A stretch of 64,000 bases of DNA, taken from the NCBI GenBank assembly GCA_001002765.1, contig LCMS01000004.1, forward strand, positions 68,775 to 132,774, written 5' to 3'. Positions 1 to 9,694 of the stretch are shown here, one piece after another (position 1 is the stretch's first letter; each line of letters begins with the position of its first letter). Under the pieces are notes generated by a model. That model ran no database searches. It worked only from the letters and a program-made list of their open reading frames with translations, and was not told the DNA's origin. The translations under genes were made by a program, and so were the position numbers. Origin of the DNA: Candidatus Uhrbacteria bacterium GW2011_GWE2_46_68. GTDB taxonomy: Bacteria; Patescibacteriota; Patescibacteriia; UBA9934; GWF2-40-263.

Positions 1-858
1 TTTTTCCAAGTGGTATCACTCAAGATATCAAACAGGACGTAGCCTCGCGGGTCTCCCACCTCGTTTCCTTCCAAACAAAGATGAACCGTCTGATGCGCAT
101 CTTTCCAAAGGAAAAAAAGTTTTCCCGCCACGTCAAAAAAGGTGTTTTTTATAATGGCTCCATAGCCATCTTCTTTGCCCATAATAGATCCGTCGGCGCG
201 TAAAAGTTTACTGTTTTCCCCGGGCATTTCCGCAAAAAGAATAGGTTTACCCCCGATATTCAATATTTGTCCTTGGGAATATCCTTTCGGACTCCCCAAT
301 ACACGCCCGTGATAGCGGAAGAAAAGAGTGCGATCATTTTCAAGCGGGTGTAAAGCAAGACGGTACCCAAGTCGTCCATTGATATTTTGCAGTTTATCTA
401 TCTCCATATTCGTTTCTGGAAAGGATTCGATAAGCTGCCCATTTTGATCCACTATTTTTGCATGATCTTGATCCTCAAAGACTGCCGCGAATTTTCCTTG
501 GAGATCTTGTACTCTTACGTAAATCAAATCAGACGGAACGGGGAGCGTATATTCTTTTTCATCCACAGATTCGATGGGAAGTTCTTTATGTTCGAGCAGA
601 TATTTTATTTTGTCCATGAGGACACAGACACGTTCGAGGATCTCTATCGTAGGGGTCGGTTGTGCGGTTCCTAATTCTTTGGGGTGCTTCACTCCATGCG
701 CTTTGCAAATTTCAAGCACTTCTTCCACATACGCATTAAAAAAAGAAAGAACATCTTTTGGCATGTCTTGGCGATAACTCATGGCATATTCGGCAAAAAA
801 AACATCTGGTTGAAAAGGGGGAGACGCTTGGTGTTCTCGAGAAGAAAAATTGAACATA
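1..858 (-). CDS. hypothetical protein (partial; N-terminus at 858, runs off window start)
   Basis: Reverse-strand translation from ATG 856-858 gives a continuous protein-like ORF (MFNFSSREHQASPP...FAEMPGENSKLLRADGSIMGKEDGYG...) with no stop before position 1. It is absent from the ORF track only because it is incomplete. No confident family assignment. Confidence 0.45.
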
Positions 859-901
859 CAGAGGGTGATTCGCCTCTTATCGTACAGGAAACCGGAGGAT
901 T

Positions 902-2398
902 TTAGAATCCGATTTCTTCGGTGGGCGGGCCAAAATCGGCAGGTGATGGCTCGCCGCTTGGATGGGGATCCACAGGCGGGGGAGAGATGGGACCCATGGG
1001 AGGGGCTGGAATGGTTTGTGAAGGGCCGCGTTGTTGTGGCGCAGGAGAACGATCAAGATTAAGAAACGAAGTGCGGCGAGAATCAAAAAACATACGCACC
1101 ATGCCCGTAGGGCCGTTACGATGTTTGGCTACATGAATTTCGGCGATATTGCGTTCCTCGGGCGAGAGATCGTCTATTTGATAATTGCGATCCGAAGATT
1201 TGCGGTAGATGAACATGACCACGTCGGCATCTTGCTCAATGGAACCGGAGTCGCGAAGGTGGGAGAGACGGGGGATGGCGGGCTTGGTCATTTCCACGGC
1301 GCGTGAAAGTTGAGCAAGCGCAAGAATGGGAAGATCGAGCTCACGCGCGATTTGTTTAAGGCCGCGAGAAATTTCGGAAACTTCTTGTACGCGGTTTTCC
1401 ACGGACGAAGATCGCGAGCGACCTTCCATGAGTTGAAGATAATCAATCACAATGAGACCGAGTTTGTGTTCTGCCTTGAGTCGTCGCGCCTTGGTGCGTA
1501 ATTGCATGATATTGAGCATGCCACTATCGTCAATAAAGATCGGGGCTTCAGATAAATCGCCAAGGGCTTTTCCGATGCGGGGGAAATCATCATCGCGGTC
1601 GGAAAGCCGCCCGGTGCGCAGCTTCCACAAATCCACATTGGCTTGGGCGCAGATCATACGATCCACCAATTGTTCCTTGGACATTTCAAGAGAAAAAACC
1701 GCTACGGGTATTTTACTTTTCACACCGACATGACGGGCGATATCAAGGGCTAAACTTGTTTTTCCAACCGAAGGACGCGCAGCTAGAATTAACAAATCGG
1801 ATCGTTGCATACCACCGAGGAGATGATCGAGTTCGGTGTATCCCGTGGGAACGCCGCGTAATTTTCCTCGTTCGCGATGAAGCTCGTCAATACGTTCAAA
1901 CGCACCAGACAATACACTGCGCAAAGGAACAAAAGAATTTTTATTGAACTTTTCAGAGACGTTAAAGAGCGTATGCTCGGCCGCATCCATGGTTTGTTCG
2001 ATATCATCTTCTTCTTGAAATCCCAGTCGTGTGATTTCCGCTGCCGCGCCCAACAGTCGCCGTAAAGTTGATTTTTTTTGCACGATGTCCGCGTAGTGTG
2101 CCACATGTGCTGATGTGGGAACCATATTGCTCAACTCGACCAAATACGCGCGCCCACCGATTTTTTGCAAAATTCCTTTTTCCTCCAATCGATTTCCCAT
2201 GGCCAGAATATCCAAGGGCTCATGACGTTCGAATAGATCAAGCATGCAATCAAAAATCAACCGGTGCGCATCACGATAAAAATCTTCGGGATGCAAACGG
2301 TCGGCGATATTCATCATGCTCTCTTTATCAATCAAAATACTTCCAAGAAGAGATTGTTCAGCTTCAAGATTATGGGGAGGAATGCGCTGTGTGCTCAT
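902..2398 (-). CDS. dnaB: replicative DNA helicase DnaB, with proline-rich C-terminal tail
   Basis: N-terminus MSTQRIPPHNLEAEQSLLGSIL; Walker A GKTSLALDIARH; RecA-like core. Unusual ~45-aa Pro-rich C-terminal extension. Confidence 0.9.
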   Translation of the reverse strand: MSTQRIPPHNLEAEQSLLGSILIDKESMMNIADRLHPEDFYRDAHRLIFDCMLDLFERHEPLDILAMGNRLEEKGILQKIGGRAYLVELSNMVPTSAHVAHYADIVQKKSTLRRLLGAAAEITRLGFQEEDDIEQTMDAAEHTLFNVSEKFNKNSFVPLRSVLSGAFERIDELHRERGKLRGVPTGYTELDHLLGGMQRSDLLILAARPSVGKTSLALDIARHVGVKSKIPVAVFSLEMSKEQLVDRMICAQANVDLWKLRTGRLSDRDDDFPRIGKALGDLSEAPIFIDDSGMLNIMQLRTKARRLKAEHKLGLIVIDYLQLMEGRSRSSSVENRVQEVSEISRGLKQIARELDLPILALAQLSRAVEMTKPAIPRLSHLRDSGSIEQDADVVMFIYRKSSDRNYQIDDLSPEERNIAEIHVAKHRNGPTGMVRMFFDSRRTSFLNLDRSPAPQQRGPSQTIPAPPMGPISPPPVDPHPSGEPSPADFGPPTEEIGF

Positions 2399-2464
2399 AG
2401 TGCCCTCATCTTATCACGGCGCTCGCGCGCTTCAACCAAAAAGAGGGGATGACCTGTGATATAA

Positions 2465-3628
2465 TTGGGGAGAAGTATGTCGCCGTATTCTTTTTCTACC
2501 ATTCGAGCCGTTTTTATTTTGATTGGTTCTATCGTGGGGGCCGGTGTTTTTGGGGTTCCTTATGCTTTGGCGCAAAGCGGACTTTCTTTAGGCCTTCTTC
2601 TTTTGTTTGTTATGGGTGTTCTCATGACTGTATTGCTTCTCATGAACAGTGAAGTGATTCTTCAGACCCCCGGTCGTCATCGTATCGTCGGTTATTCCAA
2701 GATTTATCTCAAAGGTCGTTGGTGGATATTGGCGTTTTGTGGATTGGTTGCCACTGCGTGGGGGGCGATGTTGGCTTATTTGCTGGTGGGGGGGGATTTT
2801 TTGTCTTCTCTTTTTTCTTTGGGTGGATGGCAAGTTTCTCCTTTTTGGTGCGCATGGATTCTTGCGATTTGCGCAGGGTACGCCATTTTTCGGGGTCTTC
2901 GTTTTGCTTCCAAAGCGGAAGTGGTGGTCATCGGACTTATTCTTTTCCTTTTCCTTTTCGTCGTACTCGCTTCCGCTCCTTTCGTTCAAGCCCCTCATCT
3001 TTTTACCACCCATTGGTCTCAAGTTTTTTTCCCTTACGGTGTATTGCTTTTTGCTCTTTCCGGAAGCGGAGCTATTCCGGAGATCAAAGATGTATTGGGG
3101 AAAAAAGCCAAAAGTCTCATGGGTTTTGTGATTCTCAGCGGGATGGGAACCATCATTCTTTTATATGCGCTTTTCAGTTTTGCGGTTGTTGGGGTGACAG
3201 GATCTTTGACCACACCCATTGCTTTTGATGGGCTTATTCCACTATTGGGTAGTGCATTTCATTTTCTCGTGTCCTTGATAGGTTCTTTGATCACCTTGTC
3301 TATTTTTATGATGATCGGCGTAGAGATTAAACATTTGTTCCGATACGATTTTTCCATGCCCAATGGTTGGTCATGGGCACTGGCGCTCTTCCCTCCTTTT
3401 TTGTTGTATCTGGCCGGACTGCGCGAGTTTATTGCCATCATTGGATTTGTCGGAGCGGTTTTTGGTGGCATCCTTGGAATCATGAGTGTGGGGATTTATG
3501 AACGGATGCGACAAAAATTAAAAAAAGAACATCATCAGTGTTTTTGTGTTCCCAAGTGGGTGAGTGTGTTATTGATCCTCGTATTTTTATCGGGGATGGT
3601 GATGGAAATTACAAATCTTGTGCGATAA
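2465..3628 (+). CDS. amino acid permease (Trp/Tyr permease-like, ~11 TM)
   Basis: Polytopic membrane protein; N-terminal motif IGSIVGAGVFGVPYALAQSG resembles the aromatic/hydroxy amino acid permease family. Confidence 0.45.
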   Translation: MGRSMSPYSFSTIRAVFILIGSIVGAGVFGVPYALAQSGLSLGLLLLFVMGVLMTVLLLMNSEVILQTPGRHRIVGYSKIYLKGRWWILAFCGLVATAWGAMLAYLLVGGDFLSSLFSLGGWQVSPFWCAWILAICAGYAIFRGLRFASKAEVVVIGLILFLFLFVVLASAPFVQAPHLFTTHWSQVFFPYGVLLFALSGSGAIPEIKDVLGKKAKSLMGFVILSGMGTIILLYALFSFAVVGVTGSLTTPIAFDGLIPLLGSAFHFLVSLIGSLITLSIFMMIGVEIKHLFRYDFSMPNGWSWALALFPPFLLYLAGLREFIAIIGFVGAVFGGILGIMSVGIYERMRQKLKKEHHQCFCVPKWVSVLLILVFLSGMVMEITNLVR

Positions 3629-3642
3629 AAAATCTCGGAGCA

Positions 3643-4476
3643 TTATTCCGAAATTTTTTGTTGCTGATAGGCGGCAAGGACATTGATGAGAAGGAGAGCG
3701 ACGGTCATGGGTCCAACTCCTCCGGGGACAGGGGTCATCCATCCCGCAACTTCGAGGACATCGGGCATCACATCGCCCACAATTTTTTGTTCCACCTTGG
3801 TGGTTCCCACATCAATCACAACAGCTCCTGCTTTGACCATTTCTTTGGTGATGAGGCCTGGGTGACCGACGGCAGAAATAAGAATGTCAGCGGTGATCGT
3901 TTTTTGAGAGAGGTCGGAATCACTAGCGGAGATAACGAAACTTTCTATTCCATAAGTACTGAGAAGATGTGCCAGTGGTTCGCCAAACAGATGGCTTCCG
4001 ATAATTACCGCGTGTTTTTTTGGGAGATCAAGATGTGTAGCTTCGATGAGTTTCAAAATTCCCAAGGCTACAGCCGGAGCGAGGGTGGGTTTCCCTTGGC
4101 GCAAACGTTCCAGATTTTCGGGATGAAAACCATCTACATCTTTTTTGGGATCAATGGCAGTGATGAGCGGATTTGGATTTTGTCCGGGGAGAGGAAGTTG
4201 CACCAAGATACCTGTGATATCAGGACGCGCGTTTAACCGTTGTATACGATCCATGAGTTCTTGCTCACTGACAAAAGTTGGATAGGCAAACAGTTCAAAA
4301 CCAATTCCCACTTCTTGGCATGCCAGTTGTTTGAGGTGCACATAGGTGTGTGACGCCGGATCTGTACCAACTAAAATCACGGCAAGTTTTGGTTGTGTCT
4401 TGCATGATTTTATTTTTTCCATCACACGTTGCCGTTCTTGCTGAGCCAACGATTTTCCGTCAAGGAGTATACCCAT
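3643..4476 (-). CDS. folD: bifunctional methylenetetrahydrofolate dehydrogenase/cyclohydrolase
   Basis: MGILLDGKSLAQQ..., conserved YVHLK and PVPGGVGPMT motifs, 277 aa. Confidence 0.9.
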   Translation of the reverse strand: MGILLDGKSLAQQERQRVMEKIKSCKTQPKLAVILVGTDPASHTYVHLKQLACQEVGIGFELFAYPTFVSEQELMDRIQRLNARPDITGILVQLPLPGQNPNPLITAIDPKKDVDGFHPENLERLRQGKPTLAPAVALGILKLIEATHLDLPKKHAVIIGSHLFGEPLAHLLSTYGIESFVISASDSDLSQKTITADILISAVGHPGLITKEMVKAGAVVIDVGTTKVEQKIVGDVMPDVLEVAGWMTPVPGGVGPMTVALLLINVLAAYQQQKISE

Positions 4477-4532
4477 AAAGTGTGGTCATCATAACATGAC
4501 TTTTCGTTCATCTCAATGAAACAGATTAAATT

Positions 4533-4746
4533 GGTGTCAGGTCGGACTTTGGACTTTTTGTTTCTCAGTAAACAGAAAGAGAGAAAATTATTTCTAAAAA
4601 AAAGAAGGAAGATTCGCACTTTTTTAAATTCCTTTTTTGATTTCAAACATATCAAAATAACCCTTGTACACAAAATATATTTTTCATCAATTGTAGGACA
4701 ATATTTTTTGATTTTTTCAAAAAAGTCCAAAGTCCGACCTGACACC
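4533..4746. repeat. REP-related palindromic element: perfect 27-bp inverted termini (GGTGTCAGGTCGGACTTTGGACTTTTT) around an AT-rich ~160-bp core
   Basis: 4533-4559 is the exact reverse complement of 4720-4746. The terminus core GTCAGGTCG is shared with REPs at 13155, 32719 and 56388/57280. Confidence 0.7.
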
Positions 4747-4784
4747 ATAGCGTGTGACGATGGCCCTCGCAGACACCCACTGGT

Positions 4785-5948
4785 TTGAATATCTTTCCTC
4801 TTTTCCTGTATGCTGGAAGCATCTTGAGTTATTTTTTTATGAAATCACATTCTTCATTCGTCCTATTTGCTATTGTTTGCGGTATTGTTGCCGTGTTTGC
4901 CTATTTTTTGGTGTTCTGGTATCCGATGATTGCGGATCAGTTTGTTCAAGATAGGGAAGCGGAACAGACACCGGTCATAGAAACACAGGTGGAAGATATC
5001 GTGGAAGAAACAGCAGCAAGTGTTACTGATCTTTCCACATCTCGTTTTTTAAATCTCAAAGTCGTTTCTGTTTCCGAAGTGTCTGACGTGAGTGTTCGCA
5101 TGCGCACCGGATGGATCGAAAATCCCACACGCAGTGTGAGACAAAGCGTGCGCATTCACGAGCCCATGAATCTGGAATCCGAAACCTATCCAGTGGTGAT
5201 TTTTGTTCCTGGAGGTTGGAACAATGGTCGTTCGTTTGATCAGGGTCAGGATGGAGATTATTCCGACGCGGATTATTTGGCTGCCGAAGGTGTGATTGTG
5301 ATCACTTATTCTCCTTTGGGAACCGAGGAAGATGACCCCGAGCCTTTGGATTATGAAGGTTTTGCTGATCAAGATGGGCTCGCTGCCATCATCACAGCCG
5401 CTAAACAACTTACCAATGTTGATTTGGAACAAATCGGTGTGGCAAGTTTTTCTTATGGCATTACCGGTGCCGCGGGCGTTCTCTCACGCTATCCTGATTT
5501 GGGAGTGAAGTTTTTAGTGGATTGGGAAGGGCCATCGAGTCGAGAATATACGACCGTCGGATGCAAGGAGCATAAGCCCATGCCCGAGGGCGAGGAAGAT
5601 AATCGTCTCACATCTATTTCTTGTGAGGATGAATCTTTTTGGAGGGAACGTGAAGCCGCTTTGATGATTGCGACCGCCGACATAGAATATTATCTGCGCG
5701 TTCAATCCATCAAAGACCATGTGCAATCCACCTATGGGCACACGTTGGAAATGGTATCTGCCTCGGTGGGAAATATTCCTTGGGTGCGCGTCAATGACGG
5801 GGCAGTGAATGCAACCTATGAAACTGATGACGACATTCCTACGGTCTCTGAAAGTCCATCCTATTTTACCTCTTACGGTTTGTCTTTTATCTTAGAGTTG
5901 ATTGCCGCCCCTTCTACCGCAGCTGAATGGTTTGAGGAGGAGAGGTAA
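4785..5948 (+). CDS. membrane-anchored hypothetical protein, possible alpha/beta-hydrolase (esterase-like)
   Basis: N-terminal TM helix; VVIFVPGGWNNG and VASFSYG (GxSxG-like nucleophile elbow) suggest a hydrolase fold. Weak. Confidence 0.35.
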   Translation: MNIFPLFLYAGSILSYFFMKSHSSFVLFAIVCGIVAVFAYFLVFWYPMIADQFVQDREAEQTPVIETQVEDIVEETAASVTDLSTSRFLNLKVVSVSEVSDVSVRMRTGWIENPTRSVRQSVRIHEPMNLESETYPVVIFVPGGWNNGRSFDQGQDGDYSDADYLAAEGVIVITYSPLGTEEDDPEPLDYEGFADQDGLAAIITAAKQLTNVDLEQIGVASFSYGITGAAGVLSRYPDLGVKFLVDWEGPSSREYTTVGCKEHKPMPEGEEDNRLTSISCEDESFWREREAALMIATADIEYYLRVQSIKDHVQSTYGHTLEMVSASVGNIPWVRVNDGAVNATYETDDDIPTVSESPSYFTSYGLSFILELIAAPSTAAEWFEEER

Positions 5949-7290
5949 TATGTCTCTTTTTCGATCAAGTTTAGAATCTTCTCCGTCTGCTATCCCTGCG
6001 GAGGTAGGGGGCCAACGTACTTCAGCAAACCTAAGCGAGGCCATCATGGATTCGGTTTCAAGTGTCCGTGATTCTTTGCCAAAAGAACACCGCACACACT
6101 TTGAAACTCTGCGACAAGAGATCATTGATTTTACAAAAGCTCATGGGATTCCAAAAGAATCTCTTGGCAGTCCCGACCTCCTGCGCGAGGCTACAAAAAA
6201 ACTTTCTACCCAAGACCTTGAGCGACTTGCTCTCCTTCTTGAACGCTTTGAGCATCTACTTACTCACAAAGAGCCTCGTCGGGAAAAATCGGAAGCGCTT
6301 GAGTATGCCGATGAGTGGTATAACCTTTCCGAACGATACGCGTTTCAAATGAATTTTTTAAAAACACTAGGCATATACTTCCTGCATGAGAGAAACAAGA
6401 CATTCAATGAACGCATAGCAAATTTAAAGAACTTGCTTGGATCCTTATTGCCTTTTGGAAAGAAAAAACGCGAGGTGCCTTCGGCGTCTGAATCCATGGA
6501 AGATTTTTTCCTTTTGGATGTATTGGGAAGAAAGTATTCTGTTCCCACCTTGGAACAAATCGCCGCGCGTCTTTTTGAACGTCGCGAGGAACTTGAAACC
6601 AAACACGATCAAGGTTTTACTCATCTTCTTTTTGTTCCTTTTGCCGTTGAGACTGATCTTTTCATGCTTGCTTTTGGAAAATTTCTTCAAGATCGCGATA
6701 TGGAGAAAACGTTAGTGTCCCCGGTAGCTTATGCAAGTACCACTCGTTCGGTGATGTCACGCTTACGATATTTTCCGCAATCTTTTGACGCGAAAGGAGG
6801 TGATAGAGGTAAAGACAAGATGGACATTTTGAAGGAATTATCTGAACAGGCAAGCTCTTTTCTCGGGTGGAGGATCCTTCTTCTTCAAACTCCTCATGGT
6901 CAAAAAAGAGGATTCCGCGGTATCTCAAAGGATGGAGACCAAAAGAAATCATTCACCCGTCCGGAATTGGAAGTGGGGAAGACGCCTTCGGAATACCTTT
7001 CTCTCCAGAGAGACGAAACATCGCCTTATGATGGAGAATCGAGTATGGTTCTTGAAGATTGGATTTGTGCTTTTATGATTCATTATATGGAAACACGATC
7101 TTGTCTTGACGATATGGAATCCGGGGGAAATGCAGCTTCTTATTTGACAGGAGTATCACTTCCTGGGGATTTTACCGGATCTCAAATGGTGATAGCTGTA
7201 AAGTATGCACACCAAGATATCTTTTTTTATTGCCATTCTCCTCATCACAAAGATGAACAGATTGGTGCGCGTTTTGTCGTAGAGGTTTGA
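5949..7290 (+). CDS. paralog family protein of unknown function (copy 1 of 3 in window)
   Basis: Starts MSLFRSSLESS at ATG 5949, right after the upstream TAA and a GGAGG RBS. Homologous over its full length to 62365..63663 and 63675..>64000 (shared LPKEH..F..LRQEIIDF..HGIP..L..PDLLREA..L...DLERLA.LLE, LLPFGKKKR, DQGFT.LL.VPF, SPY.GE...EDWI.AFM.H, IGARF.V). Confidence 0.6.
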
Positions 7291-7343
7291 TGGGTGACCA
7301 TTATGTAGAGATGAAAAAACAAGGGTGAGAGCCCTTGTTTCGT

Positions 7344-8375
7344 TTATGCGTCGTGATCTTGGGAACAGTGGAACCAATCTGAAACCGTTTGGATATGCGT
7401 CTGGTGTACGATGAGGATCGGACATCCGGGCGCTTGCACATCATAGATGTCAATCGTGTAGGGGAGAGCCTTGAGGATGCGGTCATCTTGGATCTCCAGA
7501 CGTAGTGGAACATACCCCAGTCGCTCGCTGATACCCATGACCGGCGCCCAGTCCCATGGTTGATTGGGGTTATTACCAAGAAGCAGGACACCGCCAATCT
7601 CACCTTTCCACAGTCGAGCAAAGCTCAGTCCGATGCTTCCACCTTCGATCTCAAAGTCTTTGAAGAGATTCTGTTTGCGGTCGGCACGCGGGATGAACTT
7701 TTGGCGGATCGCGGGAGCGAATTCCCACGGATTTTTACGTACGAGGAGATATTGATCCGAAAGCGGGCGTGTGGGATCGAGAAGATCCAAACGCAGACGT
7801 GCTCCTACACGATCCATACGATGCACTTTATAAGAACCCGGACGGAAATAATAAATCTCTCCTGTCATCACATCTTCGATACAAACGCTAATGACGTGTT
7901 TTTCTTCCAGAAGTGCGATCATGGTTCCGATGCCATGCGATTGCATGCGTCCAAACGCTTTGGTGCCATCAAGCGGATCCACGATCCAGTAACGCTTAGG
8001 CCAGCTGCTCTCTTTGGGTTCAATGCGCAAGTCTTCTTCTTCAGCGACAATACCATAGCTTGGGGTGGTGGTCTGGAGCACTCCGAGAATAGCCGCTTGC
8101 GCAGCTCTGTCCGCAGACGTCACAAGATCAGTGAGGGTGCCATCATACGAACACTTTGGCTCACGTTCAAAAACAAAACGTTCCAGTCGCACAAAATTTG
8201 CCGCGCGATTGGTGGCTTCACGGATGATGAGACCAAGGGCAGCGTCAGTGAGAGTTTCACATCTTTCGGTTTTGGTCACGGGGACCTCCTGCTTTGGAAA
8301 GAACGGACTTAATTTTTTACGTGAAAGAAGACTGATTGTCAAACCCCCTTGGAAAAACGTACAATAGAACGGCAT
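7344..8375 (-). CDS. inositol monophosphatase / FBPase-family phosphatase (CysQ/SuhB-like)
   Basis: WIVDPLDGTKAF matches the IMPase metal-binding motif DPxDGT. The first ~30 codons look non-native, so the true start may be downstream or non-ATG. Confidence 0.65.
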   Translation of the reverse strand: MPFYCTFFQGGLTISLLSRKKLSPFFPKQEVPVTKTERCETLTDAALGLIIREATNRAANFVRLERFVFEREPKCSYDGTLTDLVTSADRAAQAAILGVLQTTTPSYGIVAEEEDLRIEPKESSWPKRYWIVDPLDGTKAFGRMQSHGIGTMIALLEEKHVISVCIEDVMTGEIYYFRPGSYKVHRMDRVGARLRLDLLDPTRPLSDQYLLVRKNPWEFAPAIRQKFIPRADRKQNLFKDFEIEGGSIGLSFARLWKGEIGGVLLLGNNPNQPWDWAPVMGISERLGYVPLRLEIQDDRILKALPYTIDIYDVQAPGCPILIVHQTHIQTVSDWFHCSQDHDA

Positions 8376-8407
8376 GGGAAATAAATTCCCAAATTTTCAA
8401 TTCCTCT

Positions 8408-9694
8408 ATGACCCTTCACACTATTGATCCGGAGATTGCCGCGGATTTACAAAGCGAACTTACGCGTCAGCGAGAAGGTTTGGAAATGATTCCTTCCGAG
8501 AACTTTGTCTCGCCGGCTGTGCTCGAAGCTTTGGGATCCATTGGCACCAATAAATATTCCGAAGGCTATCCCGGCCGACGCTATTATGGCGGATGCCAGT
8601 ATGTCGATCGCATTGAACAAACGGCGATTGATCGCGCTAAAAAACTTTTTGGTGTGGATCATGCCAATGTGCAACCCTATTCCGGATCTCCGGCAAATCT
8701 GGCTGTGTATTATGCGCTTTTAAATCCTGGTGACACGGTCATGGGCATGCACTTATATTTTGGCGGTCACATGACCCATGGGCTCAAGGTGAATTTTTCC
8801 GGAACATTGTATCGTTCTGTTCAATATCAAACGCGCCCGGACGGCTATTTGGATTTGGATGCCATGGATATACTTGCTCAAACGGAAAAACCAAAAATGA
8901 TTGTGGTGGGGGCAACGGCGTATCCGCGACAATTTGATTGGAAGGCGCTCAAAAATATCGCCGATCGTGCAGGAGCATTTTTGCTTGCGGATATTTCTCA
9001 TATTGCCGGACTTATTGTGGGAGGCGAGCATCCTTCTCCCGTGGGTTTTGCCGATGTGATCACCACAACTACGCACAAAACCTTGCGCGGACCTCGTGGT
9101 GCCATGATTTTATGTAACGGCAATCCGTCTACTCCGCTTAAAAAAGTGGAGCGCACACGAGAAAATTTTCCCACCTTGATTGATCGCGCGATTATTCCTG
9201 GTCTTCAAGGTGGGCCGCATAATCATCAAACCGCAGCGATTGCCGTTGCGCTCAAAGAAGCTGCTTTACCCGAGTTTAAAACATACGCTCATCAGATTGT
9301 TCTCAATGCGAAAGCACTTGCCGATCGCCTGCTTGAACATGGGTTTGACCTTGTGACCGGCGGCACGGACAATCATTTGCTTCTTGTGGATTTACGACGT
9401 AAAGGTGTGACGGGTACACAAGCGGAAAAAGCATTGGATGCATCCGGGATCACATGCAATAAAAACACCATTCCTTTTGATCCGCGCCAACCGTTTGATC
9501 CTTCGGGGATTCGATTGGGAACTCCCGCTCTCACCAGTCGTGGAATGAAGGAAGAAGAAATGAAGCAAATTGGGGATTTTATATTAGAAGTTGTGGAGCA
9601 TTGGGAAGATGCGGATCGTCTTGTATTGATTCGCAGTCGTGTAAAAGAGATGACGGATTGCTTTCCTCTTTATCAAGGAATTCATTATGTTTGA
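8408..9694 (+). CDS. glyA: serine hydroxymethyltransferase
   Basis: MTLHTIDPEIAADL...LEMIPSENFVSPAVLEA...TTTTHKTLRGPRG (PLP-Lys region). Start moved to the internal ATG at 8408 by homology with the canonical N-terminus. Confidence 0.9.
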   Translation: MTLHTIDPEIAADLQSELTRQREGLEMIPSENFVSPAVLEALGSIGTNKYSEGYPGRRYYGGCQYVDRIEQTAIDRAKKLFGVDHANVQPYSGSPANLAVYYALLNPGDTVMGMHLYFGGHMTHGLKVNFSGTLYRSVQYQTRPDGYLDLDAMDILAQTEKPKMIVVGATAYPRQFDWKALKNIADRAGAFLLADISHIAGLIVGGEHPSPVGFADVITTTTHKTLRGPRGAMILCNGNPSTPLKKVERTRENFPTLIDRAIIPGLQGGPHNHQTAAIAVALKEAALPEFKTYAHQIVLNAKALADRLLEHGFDLVTGGTDNHLLLVDLRRKGVTGTQAEKALDASGITCNKNTIPFDPRQPFDPSGIRLGTPALTSRGMKEEEMKQIGDFILEVVEHWEDADRLVLIRSRVKEMTDCFPLYQGIHYV

